Source of the DNA: Candidatus Latescibacterota bacterium
GTDB taxonomy: Bacteria; Latescibacterota; UBA2968; UBA8231
NCBI GenBank assembly: GCA_965242865.1
Contig: CBDETK010000013.1
Span: 640,001-704,000, forward strand
Length of the DNA stretch: 64,000 nucleotides
Direction: 5' to 3'
This document shows positions 19,475 to 29,762 of the stretch, piece after piece. The position numbers were made by a program, and so were the translations under genes. The notes beneath the pieces are model-generated. The model saw only the letters and a list, made by a program, of their open reading frames with translations. It did no database searches and was not told the DNA's origin. The stretch's first letter is position 1. Each line of letters opens with the position of its first letter.

Positions 19475-19743
19475 ATCGACCGACCGAAGTCCATCCACGA
19501 GCCGGCTACCGCATTTGGCTGCGATTTGCAGATGGCGTCGCCGGTGAGATAGACTTGTCGCAACTCGCCGGGAAGGGCGTATTCAAGGTTTGGGACGAGC
19601 CGGGATATTTCGAGAAGGTGCATATAACTTCCCACAGAGCCATAGCTTGGGACGATGACCTCGATCTTTGCGCGGATGCGCTGTACATGGAACTCACGGG
19701 TAAGTCTGTTTACCAGACCATGACGGGGGAGACATGGGAATAG
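19471..19743 (+). CDS. DUF2442 domain protein
   Basis: YRIWLRFADG..GEIDL...IAWDDDLDLCADALY pattern. Confidence 0.8.
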   Translation: MNRPTEVHPRAGYRIWLRFADGVAGEIDLSQLAGKGVFKVWDEPGYFEKVHITSHRAIAWDDDLDLCADALYMELTGKSVYQTMTGETWE

Positions 19744-21278
19744 AACCTGCTATTGACATCACCGATGAGCAGCGTGAGACGGTTCTCTCGCTCCTAGAAA
19801 GGCATCTGTCAAACACGACTGCTTGGGTGTACGGCTCCCGCGCCAAATGGACTGCACGTCCCCAATCCGACCTTGACATGGTGGTATTCACAACGCCAGA
19901 GCAAAACAGTCGGGTCTTCGATCTCAGGGAAGCCTTTGAGGAAAGCAATCTGCCGTTTCGGGTGGACTTGTTCGTGTGGGACGATGTGCCTGAGCGGTTC
20001 CGAAAGCACATTGAGCAGGATTATGTGGTGTTGATGGAGAAGGCGCAAAGTACGGAGAGTGGGTGGGGGGCGATACAGCTACGGGATATTGCCGAATTGG
20101 TTATGGGGCAATCGCCGCCAGGGACGACTTACAATGAAATCGGCGGTGGCCTTCCATTCTTTCAGGGTGTTAAGGACTTCAACTATCGTCTCCCATCGCC
20201 GAGAGTTTTCTGCTCGGCCCCTTCTCGGATTGCACAACCGGGAGACATTCTGTTCAGCGTACGTGCTCCAATTGGCCGTGTGAACATTGCGGACAGGAAA
20301 TGTGCTACTGGTCGGGGATTAGCGATTATCAAGCCCCGTATTCAATCGGACGCCCGATATATTGAGTTTTACCTTCGGCATATAGAGCCAACTTGGAACG
20401 TTATTGAGGGTAATGGATCCGTCTTTGGAAACGCTACAAAGAAAGACTTAGAGACACTTCGTTTATGGTGGCCTCCCAAGTTAGAACGCAATGCCATCGC
20501 CCACATCCTCGGCACCCTCGACGACAAAATTGAACTCAACCGGCGCATGAACGAAACGCTGGAGGAGATGGCGCGAGCCATTTTCAAGGACTGGTTCGTC
20601 GATTTCGGGCCGACGCGGGCGAAGATGGAGGGGCGGGATACCGGATTGCCGCCGGAGGTCGCGGCGTTGTTTCCCGACCGGCTGGTGGAATCGGAGTTGG
20701 GGGAGGTGCCGGAGGGGTGGGAGGTTGAGACGGTGGGGGAGTGCTTCTATCTGACGATGGGACAATCACCTCCAAGCAGTACTTACAATGAACACGGTGA
20801 GGGCTTGCCATTCTTTCAAGGTCGAACCGATTTTGGCTTCCGGTATCCTGAAAATCGAAAGTTCTGCACGGCCCCAGCTCGGATTGCCCAGCCCGAGGAT
20901 ACGCTAGTCAGTGTCCGAGCCCCTGTCGGCGACATCAACATGGCTTGGGAGCAATGCTGCATTGGCCGAGGGGTCGCAGCCCTCCGGCACAAGTTGGGGT
21001 CTAGTTCGTTCACGTACTACGCAGCCGGGGCTTTACAAAGAGCGATTCAGCAATACGAGCATACGGGAACAGTATTCGGAGCCATTAACAAGCAGCAGTT
21101 TGAAGAAATGCCAACGATAGAGCCTACCTCAGACGTAGTTGATGCGTTCGGAATGTTTGCTCTACAATTTGATAGGCGGATCCGGTCAAACGTAGCAGAA
21201 TCCCGCACCCTCGCCGCCCTGCGTGTCGCGCTGCTGCCTAAGCTGGTGTCGGGAGAAATGAGGGTAGGGCCACAGTAA
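19734..21278 (+). CDS. hsdS: Type I RM specificity subunit with N-terminal MNT domain
   Basis: N-terminal YGSRAKWTARPQSDLD, two TRDs, central IAHILGTLDDKIELNRRMNETLEEMARAIFK and C-terminal LLPKLVSGE. Confidence 0.92.
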   Translation: MGIEPAIDITDEQRETVLSLLERHLSNTTAWVYGSRAKWTARPQSDLDMVVFTTPEQNSRVFDLREAFEESNLPFRVDLFVWDDVPERFRKHIEQDYVVLMEKAQSTESGWGAIQLRDIAELVMGQSPPGTTYNEIGGGLPFFQGVKDFNYRLPSPRVFCSAPSRIAQPGDILFSVRAPIGRVNIADRKCATGRGLAIIKPRIQSDARYIEFYLRHIEPTWNVIEGNGSVFGNATKKDLETLRLWWPPKLERNAIAHILGTLDDKIELNRRMNETLEEMARAIFKDWFVDFGPTRAKMEGRDTGLPPEVAALFPDRLVESELGEVPEGWEVETVGECFYLTMGQSPPSSTYNEHGEGLPFFQGRTDFGFRYPENRKFCTAPARIAQPEDTLVSVRAPVGDINMAWEQCCIGRGVAALRHKLGSSSFTYYAAGALQRAIQQYEHTGTVFGAINKQQFEEMPTIEPTSDVVDAFGMFALQFDRRIRSNVAESRTLAALRVALLPKLVSGEMRVGPQ

Positions 21279-21854
21279 TGACTACTGCGAATAAATATGA
21301 AGTAAACGCCATCCTCTGGGTTTCAGGCGATTGTGAAGAGCAGATTTCGAGATTTTTGCTCGATGAGCTCGGGGTCCGAAAAGGTGCAATCCAAAAATGG
21401 ATGCATCTGACCGTCTACCACGGAAAGAGACCTCTCCCTGGGTTGATGGAGGGTACTAGCCTAGTCCGCGTTATCGCAAACACGGATGAAACTCGTTTTA
21501 TGGTTTTGGCCCCCGGTGGTGAGAATCCGAGAACAGAACTAGTACCGGGTAGCCGATCCGTGGGAATCCGGCTTACAAAGCGCAATCAGGCGATTAATGA
21601 GATACAACAATTGCGGAAAAGTGCCTATCGGTTAGAGGCTCAACAGGTAGTAGGTAAACGACATCCTACTACGTCGTGGAGGAACTGCTTCGGATCCCAT
21701 TATTATCAGCCGCATATAAAGTTGCTTAAACCTGGCAATCGGGTTGGGGGCGATTTGACAATAATTGGCCGATCTTGTCCGAGACAAGATTAACTTGATT
21801 GAATTCGACCGATTTGAGACTGTATCTAAAACCAAACGAAGCACACAATCCTAG
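21278..21854 (+). pseudogene. putative 2H-phosphoesterase-like protein, frameshifted near 21777
   Basis: HLTV and YQPHIK motifs. Removing G21777 extends the frame as GRSFRDKINLIEFDRFE... to TAG 21852-21854, just before the next gene's RBS. Confidence 0.45.
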
Positions 21855-21869
21855 TTCGAGGAGCTAGAA

Positions 21870-23003
21870 ATGCCATTTGAAATTGACCTTGGAAATCGAC
21901 TAGCTGGTTATGCTCGTACATCCGCCCGTGCCGGTGAACATGTCGATCTTGTGTACCGTGAATTCACATCGACTGAGGACGGGGGACACTTCATTCAACA
22001 GCTCGAAGGAGCAACCGATAATATTCTACAACGGTTGCCGTCTCATATCCTCCCATCGCAAATAGACCACATGCTAGCTATTTGCCATCGTGACGGTAAA
22101 ACATATGTTTACGTGAATGAACTAGATTTACGTCTGAAAGTTCGTTCAGCAAGGTCAATTGAAGCAGGAGAATACATCTCTAAAGATGACATCGCTGATA
22201 TAGAGAGTGTCGAATTTGATATACAAATACCTGACGATGCTGGCGTCTTATTTATATTTTCCGTTCGCTGGCGAAAGGGACTTTTTTTTGATTTTGGCCC
22301 CACACTTCCAGATCCACAGCCGCGCCAGTACGACATAGCCGCAGTTTTGGGACAGATGTATGGACAGGTGCTATTTCAAGAAAGGTTTAGCATCTCTGAG
22401 GATGAATGGGATGCCCTGTTTTCCAAAAAATGGTTTCCATTTGTGGGGCTTAGTAATGAAAAGATCGATGCCTTAATAAATCATATCCGATCTAGTTGGG
22501 ACCCAGACGAAAACCTCGATGACATTGTTTCCGAAACTAAGATCCGCGTTCCACAAATGCTAGAAAGTTGGCATAAACACCCTTCGTTCCGACCTCACTT
22601 TAAGCTTCTTGAACTTGCTGTCGAACGGTTCCAAAACTATGATCCTGTGAGTTGCACCGCGTTGTTGTTCCCCCGGATAGAAGGAATTTTACGCACTCAT
22701 CATAGTATTTTTGACACTCAACGGCCTCCTAGATTCGAAGATATGACGGAGTTAGCAGTGGCTACCAAAATAGAAAATGATAAATGCCTACTCTTACCTC
22801 GTCGTTTTGCTGCCTATCTCCGTGATGTCTATTTTGCAAGTTTCGATCCTAGCTCAGAGAATATCGAAGTTTCCAGACATAGTATTGCACATGGTGTTGC
22901 GGATCCGTCTAAGTTCGATTATAAATCTGCATTGATTGGGATACTGACGGCTCACCAGCTATTTTATTTGCTCGAAAAAAAGACAGAACGTTCGTGGGAC
23001 TAA
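21870..23003 (+). CDS. hypothetical protein with C-terminal HEPN-like domain
   Basis: 377-aa AT-rich ORF with IEGILR and SRHSIAHG (RX4H) near the C-terminus. Confidence 0.6.
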   Translation: MPFEIDLGNRLAGYARTSARAGEHVDLVYREFTSTEDGGHFIQQLEGATDNILQRLPSHILPSQIDHMLAICHRDGKTYVYVNELDLRLKVRSARSIEAGEYISKDDIADIESVEFDIQIPDDAGVLFIFSVRWRKGLFFDFGPTLPDPQPRQYDIAAVLGQMYGQVLFQERFSISEDEWDALFSKKWFPFVGLSNEKIDALINHIRSSWDPDENLDDIVSETKIRVPQMLESWHKHPSFRPHFKLLELAVERFQNYDPVSCTALLFPRIEGILRTHHSIFDTQRPPRFEDMTELAVATKIENDKCLLLPRRFAAYLRDVYFASFDPSSENIEVSRHSIAHGVADPSKFDYKSALIGILTAHQLFYLLEKKTERSWD

Positions 23004-23089
23004 AGGCTAATCTCGAAGTTCCAGACCGCCGCGAATCTAACTGCGAGGCTCTACATGAAAAGTGCTAAAAAAATGGCGGAGGCCATTGC

Positions 23090-23590
23090 ATGACCGACGC
23101 ATTGCTGACGGTTCCTGACCAGAAAGAAGCTCTGTCCCTCGTCTATGCACAGGCAGTGGCGGCGCGTGCCGGTTATGCCACTGAAGTTCTCAACAAGGAT
23201 CGAGACAGCGTTGATCTGTGTATCCGCGCCGGTGGTAAGATGCGGCCCCTGCTTGATTTGCAGTTGAAAGCTACCGTCAACTTGAAACGGTCGCGTGACG
23301 GGTTCCTGCACTTCCCGCTGGGCATCAAAAATTACAATGACCTGCGTATAGAAGTCCAAATCCTTCGGCTACTCGTGGTGCTCGACTTGCCGAAAGAGGA
23401 ACAACAATGGATGACGATTACCCAAGACGAACTCATACTGAGACATCGGGCCTATTGGCTCAATCTGCAAGGATACGAAGAGACCGCTAACCAGTCGTCT
23501 GTTACCGTCCGCATCCCCGAAGAGAATCTGTTCAACATCGAAAGTTTGCGGACGCTAATGGAACAATCTAGAAGAGGAGGGAGCCGATGA
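23090..23590 (+). CDS. DUF4365 (PD-(D/E)xK-fold) protein
   Basis: KEALSLVY..AVAARAGY, DSVD...LQLKAT and NYNDLR motifs. Confidence 0.85.
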   Translation: MTDALLTVPDQKEALSLVYAQAVAARAGYATEVLNKDRDSVDLCIRAGGKMRPLLDLQLKATVNLKRSRDGFLHFPLGIKNYNDLRIEVQILRLLVVLDLPKEEQQWMTITQDELILRHRAYWLNLQGYEETANQSSVTVRIPEENLFNIESLRTLMEQSRRGGSR

Positions 23591-24681
23591 AAGTCAGTAT
23601 CCAAGACAAGAAAGCCTTGCTTGCGGTTTCTCCTGCGGCGTTGTCTGCGTACGCTCGTGCGGCAGGCTGGACTAAGGTCGATACCTATGGCAAGCATTCC
23701 GATGTATTTACGGGCGAGGGGCTTCCCGAGATCATTCTGCCGCGAACTGCACACTTGGGTGATTACGCCCTAGTCGTCTCGATGGTCATTGAAATTTTCG
23801 CCAAGGTCGCCGATACGGACGAACTTACCCTCTACCGCGACTTGGTGACTGCAGATCGCGACGTGATCCGGGTCCGGGCGGTTGATAGTGACGACAGCGG
23901 CAGCGTGGCAGTAAACGATGGGATCGATCTCATAAGTGGCGCACGCGACATGATCCTCGCGGCCGCCTGCTCGCTCCAAGGGCCACAGCCCCTCTATCGT
24001 GCGGGAGCCAACAGAAAGGCTAGGGACTACCTGAGCCGAGTTCGCTTAGGGCAAACCGAGCAGGGTAGCTTCGTCATTACGCTGTTGAGTCCCGTTATCT
24101 CTCCCCTTGAGCGACAGGTGACAAGGCGTCTGGCGGATGCGCTGGCAGCGACCCGCGAGGCGACCGAAAAAACGGTTGGCGGAGACGCTGGTGCTTTCTC
24201 GAAAGCCGTAGCGCGTGGAGTGAGTGCCAATTTGTGCGAGGCACTCGTCAAGCTAATCGAGCCGTTCCCAACCTTGGACATCAGTCTGGTTTGGGCGCGC
24301 ACCCATCCGATGAAGCCCGCCCGGAACGTCGTGCGCTTTGCTTCGCACGATGTGCCGATTCTGCGCGAAGCCGCCCGATCATTTCGCAAGCGCGAACTGC
24401 GACTGGATATACGCCTGTTTGGCGTCGTGCAGGGGCTGAAACGCACCGCGACGGATACGGAAGGAACCATTGCCCTGCGGGCATCCATCGACGGGCAAAA
24501 CCAAGCAGTCGTAGCCGTTCTGAAACAGTCCGATTACGAGCGAGCCATACAGGCGCACGAGACGAAATCGCTGCTCGTCATGGAGGGCGATCTAGAGCAC
24601 ACCGGCCAACGCTGGCGATTGCTGAACCCGCGCATTGCAGATGTCATCCTGAATGAGGATGCGCTGGACGAGGACGAATAG
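23587..24681 (+). CDS. conserved hypothetical protein coupled to the DUF4365 gene
   Basis: 364-aa ORF with ATGA overlap. Contains GQTEQGSFVIT, GVSANLCEAL and a C-terminal beta-rich module (YERAIQAH...EGDL). Confidence 0.7.
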   Translation: MKVSIQDKKALLAVSPAALSAYARAAGWTKVDTYGKHSDVFTGEGLPEIILPRTAHLGDYALVVSMVIEIFAKVADTDELTLYRDLVTADRDVIRVRAVDSDDSGSVAVNDGIDLISGARDMILAAACSLQGPQPLYRAGANRKARDYLSRVRLGQTEQGSFVITLLSPVISPLERQVTRRLADALAATREATEKTVGGDAGAFSKAVARGVSANLCEALVKLIEPFPTLDISLVWARTHPMKPARNVVRFASHDVPILREAARSFRKRELRLDIRLFGVVQGLKRTATDTEGTIALRASIDGQNQAVVAVLKQSDYERAIQAHETKSLLVMEGDLEHTGQRWRLLNPRIADVILNEDALDEDE

Positions 24682-24769
24682 CCCATGTCTTGGGAAGGGT
24701 TGTATCATTGCTCATTAGAGATGTGAGCATCTACAGTTACGGTATCCGAATCCGAGTGGAGGAGCAGTT

Positions 24770-26932
24770 ATGACCATTGAGATCGTTCAAGGAACGAACA
24801 GCAAGCCTGGGGCTAGCGATGAGTTAGTAGAAATCATGTCGAGTCAGACTGCCTTGTCCGGCCAGTTATTCATCGGCTATCCAATCATCAGTACGCCCAC
24901 AGGGCCATATTCTCCCGATGCTATCTTGGTGTCCGCAGACAAGGGAATCGTTCTATTCGATCTCGTTGAGGGAACCGAGATAGGCGATTACAGCCTGCGA
25001 CAGGACGACGCGGCTAATAAGCTCGATGCCCGGCTCAAGACACATCGCGATCTTATGCAGCGTCGGGTTCTCCGCATTGTGATTCATGCGATTTCGTTTG
25101 CTCCGGCTGTCCCTAACCTAAGCTCGTATGATCAAAGTGATTATCCGCTCGTGAACGGTTCTTCCCTGATGGACCAACTACAAAAGATCACGTGGGAAGA
25201 TCGAGATGAGAGAATATATAAAAGAACGCTAGCGGCGATTGAGAGCATTACCACGATCCGCACGAGCAGAACGAAGCGAATAGTAAAAAAAGAAAACTCC
25301 AAAGGCAATAAGTTGAAAAGACTGGAAGAGTCGATTGCCACGCTGGATCATAGACAGAGCAAAGCCTTTATCGAAACCGTCGAAGGGGTACAACGAATTC
25401 GTGGTCTAGCGGGCTCGGGCAAGACCATTGTCTTGGCACTGAAGGCAGCCTATCTATATGCCAAACATCCCGAGTGGCGCATCGGGGTCACGTTCAATAC
25501 CCGTTCTCTCAAGGCGTATTTCCGGCGCCTGATCAACAACTTCGTCATTGAACAGACGGGGGAGGAGCCAGACTGGAATCATCTGCGGATTATCCATGCT
25601 TGGGGGTCTCCACGGGGTGGCGACGATGACGGAATTTATTACGAGTTTTGCCATGAAAACAATATTGAATACTTCGATTTTGGAATGGCGAGAAATGTGT
25701 TCGGCCTAGGAAAAGAATTTGCCAAAGTATGCAAACACGCTCTGGGTCAGACTTACAAGAGCAAGCAAATCTACGATGCCCTACTCATAGATGAAGCGCA
25801 GGATTTTTCGCCAGAATTTCTGAAACTTTGTTATTCATTGCTTCGCGATCCCAAGAGGCTGGTTTACGCCTATGATGAGCTACAGACCCTCTTCGGCGGT
25901 TCGCTACCTTCACCAGTAGAGATTTTTGGCAACAGAGCGGATGGATCTCCTAGAGTACGATTTGACAAGAGAAATAAAGCTAGGGAACAACACGACATCA
26001 TCTTGGAAAAATGCTATCGCAATTCGCGTCCCGTTTTGGTCACAGCGCATGCACTTGGATTTGGCATATACAGAAAACCACCTCACTCCGGCGAGACGGG
26101 CCTTATCCAAATGTTTGAGTACGCGCAGCTATGGAAGGAAATCGGTTATCAGCTACAGGGCGGAGAGTTACAGGAAGGCTCGCCGGTGGTTCTCACTAGA
26201 TCGGAGGAAACGAGCCCTAAGTTCCTTGAAGATCATTCGTCCATAGACGATTTGATACAATTTCGGTCCTTTGACAGCGCAGCGGAACAAGCCGATTGGC
26301 TAACAAACTCGATTAAGGCGAATTTAGAGAAAGATGAACTGCGATATAATGATATTATCGTCATCAACCCCGATCCTCTCAAGACGAGAGAGGCTGTCGG
26401 GCCAATACGCGCTCGCTTGCTGGATATGGGTATCAACTCTCATATCGCTGGAGTCGATACTGAGCCTGATATTTTCTTTAATCAAGATAGGGATTCCATT
26501 ACTTTCACCGGAATATATCGGGCTAAAGGCAATGAGGCCGGGATGGTTTATGTTATTAATGCTCAAGACTGTCACAAGACGACTCGGGATCTGGCGAGCG
26601 TTCGCAATCGGCTTTTCACGGCGATCACGAGGAGTAAAGCATGGGTTCGCGTTCTTGGTATCGGGAGTAGTATGGAAGAATTAAAAAAAGAGTACGACAA
26701 ATTAAAAGAGAAAAATTTTGAACTGCAATTTACCTATCCGACAAAGCAGCAACGCGAACAACTCCAAATCATTCACCGGGATATGACAGCGGAAGATCGT
26801 AAACGACTACAGAATAGAGGAGAGAATTTGAATCGCCTAGTTACGGAACTCGAATCCGGCGAGGTTTACCTCGAAGATCTGGATGAGGAGACACTTGATA
26901 GATTGAGAGCAATTTTGCTACAGAGCAAATGA
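24770..26932 (+). CDS. superfamily 1 helicase with N-terminal nuclease-like domain
   Basis: N-terminal PDAILV, Walker A GLAGSGKT, DEAQD, YRNS, RAKGNE and FTAITRSK motifs. Confidence 0.9.
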   Translation: MTIEIVQGTNSKPGASDELVEIMSSQTALSGQLFIGYPIISTPTGPYSPDAILVSADKGIVLFDLVEGTEIGDYSLRQDDAANKLDARLKTHRDLMQRRVLRIVIHAISFAPAVPNLSSYDQSDYPLVNGSSLMDQLQKITWEDRDERIYKRTLAAIESITTIRTSRTKRIVKKENSKGNKLKRLEESIATLDHRQSKAFIETVEGVQRIRGLAGSGKTIVLALKAAYLYAKHPEWRIGVTFNTRSLKAYFRRLINNFVIEQTGEEPDWNHLRIIHAWGSPRGGDDDGIYYEFCHENNIEYFDFGMARNVFGLGKEFAKVCKHALGQTYKSKQIYDALLIDEAQDFSPEFLKLCYSLLRDPKRLVYAYDELQTLFGGSLPSPVEIFGNRADGSPRVRFDKRNKAREQHDIILEKCYRNSRPVLVTAHALGFGIYRKPPHSGETGLIQMFEYAQLWKEIGYQLQGGELQEGSPVVLTRSEETSPKFLEDHSSIDDLIQFRSFDSAAEQADWLTNSIKANLEKDELRYNDIIVINPDPLKTREAVGPIRARLLDMGINSHIAGVDTEPDIFFNQDRDSITFTGIYRAKGNEAGMVYVINAQDCHKTTRDLASVRNRLFTAITRSKAWVRVLGIGSSMEELKKEYDKLKEKNFELQFTYPTKQQREQLQIIHRDMTAEDRKRLQNRGENLNRLVTELESGEVYLEDLDEETLDRLRAILLQSK

Positions 26933-27609
26933 CTACCTACATGCCGACTCCCAGCCAAATCGTAAAGCAAATTAACGAACTTACCAAATACTTGGTAGAG
27001 GAAAGTCTCACTGATGCTCAGTACTTTGCGTTTCAAAGGCCAATCAGCGGCGGCCTTTCAGAAGTCACGTTCCAAAATGCTGAATACCTGTCTATCGCCT
27101 TAAAGAACCTTCCGTATAAAGAGATTTATGAGCACCTTGTTCAAGGAGAAGCATATAACGTGAAAATGCTTGACGGAGCACTGATTCAGATGATGTACGC
27201 ATTCGCCGACGGAACGCTTCAACGCCACCGGCTTGCATTTTTCCCCGCGCCTCATCTTGAAGAGTTTCAAAACAATCCAGACATTTATCAAGATGACGAA
27301 ATCTATGCGGACGTGATCGCCAAGAATATCGTTCCGTTTCCGGTGCGTTTTGACTATGATGTTCGGAGCGAGTCCCACCCAGAGTTGGTGCATCCCAAGT
27401 CCCATCTCTCGTTGGGCCAATACGAGCACTGTCGAATTCCAGTGACGGCCCCAATGACTCCCTTCTGGTTTATCGACTTCATTCTCAGAAACTTCTACCA
27501 CGTTGAGTCAAGGCGATATGCCGACGGGCTTCCTGCACAGGATGGTTCGTTTGACGAGTCGATAGTGCCGGCCGAGCGGGGTATTGTTCATATAGTGGTT
27601 CCGGCATGA
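26929..27609 (+). CDS. DUF2290 domain protein
   Basis: [21 protein letters not shown] and [17 protein letters not shown] motifs. Coupled to the helicase. Confidence 0.85.
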   Translation: MTTYMPTPSQIVKQINELTKYLVEESLTDAQYFAFQRPISGGLSEVTFQNAEYLSIALKNLPYKEIYEHLVQGEAYNVKMLDGALIQMMYAFADGTLQRHRLAFFPAPHLEEFQNNPDIYQDDEIYADVIAKNIVPFPVRFDYDVRSESHPELVHPKSHLSLGQYEHCRIPVTAPMTPFWFIDFILRNFYHVESRRYADGLPAQDGSFDESIVPAERGIVHIVVPA

Positions 27610-29762
27610 GCGGTGTGGGTGTGAAGGAAGCCACCGTCGAAGACGCGGCCCTCGCCTATCTCGAAAGCCTCGGCTGGACGATGGCCTCCGGCGCGGCCGT
27701 GGCCGAGCGCACCGACTACGGTCAGGTCGTCTTGGAGCAACGGCTGCGGGACGCCTTGGCCCGGCTGAATCCCGCGCTACCCGCCAGCGCGCTCGACGAC
27801 GCCCGCCGCAAGCTGACCCGCCCAGAGGGCGCAACCCTCGAAACGCGCAACCGCGCCTTCCACCTGATGCTGGTGAACGGTGTGCCGGTCGAATACCGAG
27901 CGAGCGACGGTTCAATTCGCGGGGCGCGAGCGCGGGTTGTCAGCTTTGACGACGCAGCCGCCAACGACTGGCGCGCGGTCAACCAGTTCACGGTCACTGA
28001 GAACCGATACACCCGTCGTCCCGACATCGCGCTATTCGTCAACGGCCTGCCGCTGGCACTAATCGAACTCAAGAACCCGGCGGACGAAGACGCCACCATC
28101 CGAACCGCTTGGCAACAGCTTCAGACCTACCGGGCCGAGTTGCCCGCTCTATTTGCCATGAACGAGGTCTTGGTGGTGTCGGACGGGGTCGCGGCGAGAG
28201 TCGGGACGCTGACCAGCGGGTGGGAGTGGTTCAAGCCGTGGCGCACGGTGGCCGGCGAAGCACTCGCACCGGCCTCTTTACCCGAGCTGCAAGTGCTGAT
28301 TAAAGGCGTATTTGAGCCGCGGCACTTTCTCGAGCTCGTGCGCGACTTCATCGCGTTTGAAGACAGCGGCGGCGGTGTGCTCGCCAAGAAGATGGCTGGC
28401 TATCACCAGTTCCACGCGGTGCGAGTGGCCGTGGGCGAGACCCTGCGAGCCGTGCAGCAGGCGGACGAGCGCGCCGCTGAGGCACAAGGGCAGTACGAAG
28501 CAGGCCAGCGTCCCGGGGGCGAGCGCGGCGACCGGCGCATTGGCGTCGTCTGGCACACCCAAGGGTCGGGCAAGAGCCTGACCATGGCCTTTTACGCGGG
28601 AGCCGTCATCCGCGAGCCGGCCATGGAGAATCCAACGGTCGTCGTGCTCACCGACCGCAACGACCTCGACGACCAGCTCTTCAGCACGTTTGCGCGCTGC
28701 CAAGCCCTGCTGCGCCAGCCGCCAGTGCAAGCCGACAGCCGAGCCGATCTGCGCCGCAAGCTCGCGGTCGAAGCGGGCGGCGTAGTCTTTACGACCATTC
28801 AGAAGTTCTTGCCCGCAGAAAAGGGCGACGCCCATCCGACGCTTTCCACCCGACGCAACATCGTAGTCATTGCCGACGAAGCGCATCGCAGCCAGTACGA
28901 CTTCATCGACGGGTTCGCCCGCCATCTGCGCGACGCCCTGCCGCAGGCTTCCTTCGTCGGCTTCACCGGCACCCCCATTGAGCAGCAGGACGCCAACACC
29001 CGCGCGGTGTTCGGCGATTACATCAGCATCTACGACATTCAACGCTCGGTTGCAGACGGGGCGACCGTGCCGATTTACTACGAGAGCCGCCTCGCCAAAC
29101 TGACCCTTGACGAAGGGGAGCGGCCACGCATTGACCCGGGCTTTGAAGAGGCCACCGAAGGCGAGGAAATCGAGCGCAAGGAAAAGCTCAAGGCCCGCTG
29201 GGCCCAGCTAGAGGCCATCGTCGGCGCGGACCAGCGCGTGCGGCTGATCGCCCGAGACATCGTAGAGCACTTTGGGCACCGCTTGGCCGTGTTGGAGGGC
29301 AAGGCCATGGTCGTCTGCATGAGCCGCCGCATTTGCATCGCGCTTTACCGCGAACTGGTGCGCCTGCGCCCGGACTGGCACAGCGAGGACGACATGCAGG
29401 GAGCGGTCAAGGTGGTGATGACCGGCGCGGCGTCCGACCCGCTCCAATGGCAGCCGCACATTCGCAACAAGCCCCGGCGGGAAGCCTTGGCCAAGCGGTT
29501 CCGCGACGAGGCCGACCCATTCCGCATCGTACTGGTGCGCGATCTATGGCTGACCGGCTTTGACGCGCCCAGCCTGCATACGATGTACGTGGATAAGCCC
29601 ATGCGCGGGCACGGACTGATGCAGGCCATTGCCCGAGTCAACCGCGTGTTCAAAGACAAGCCGGGCGGCTTGGTGGTGGATTACCCGCCGGACCAGCAAG
29701 AAAACGCCACCCAGACCGTGCTGGCCCAAGCCGAAGTGCTGTCCGAAGGCTGGAGCTTATGA
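27606..29762 (+). pseudogene. hsdR: Type I RM restriction subunit with in-frame deletion of most of the C-terminal domain
   Basis: RRPD...[21 protein letters not shown] and QAIARVNR are present. GGLVVDY is joined directly to the terminal [17 protein letters not shown], giving 718 aa versus ~1000+ typical. Confidence 0.85.

Larger units (their letters stand above)
11216..29762. mobile_element. ~18.5 kb defence island inserted between mgdC and mgdD
   Basis: Contiguous RM, TA and anti-phage genes of mixed GC content separate two subunits of one enzyme. No integrase or att repeat seen. Confidence 0.7.

Noticed and set aside
11216-29762. Prophage or ICE
   Set aside because: No integrase, structural, replication or conjugation genes, and no att repeats seen.
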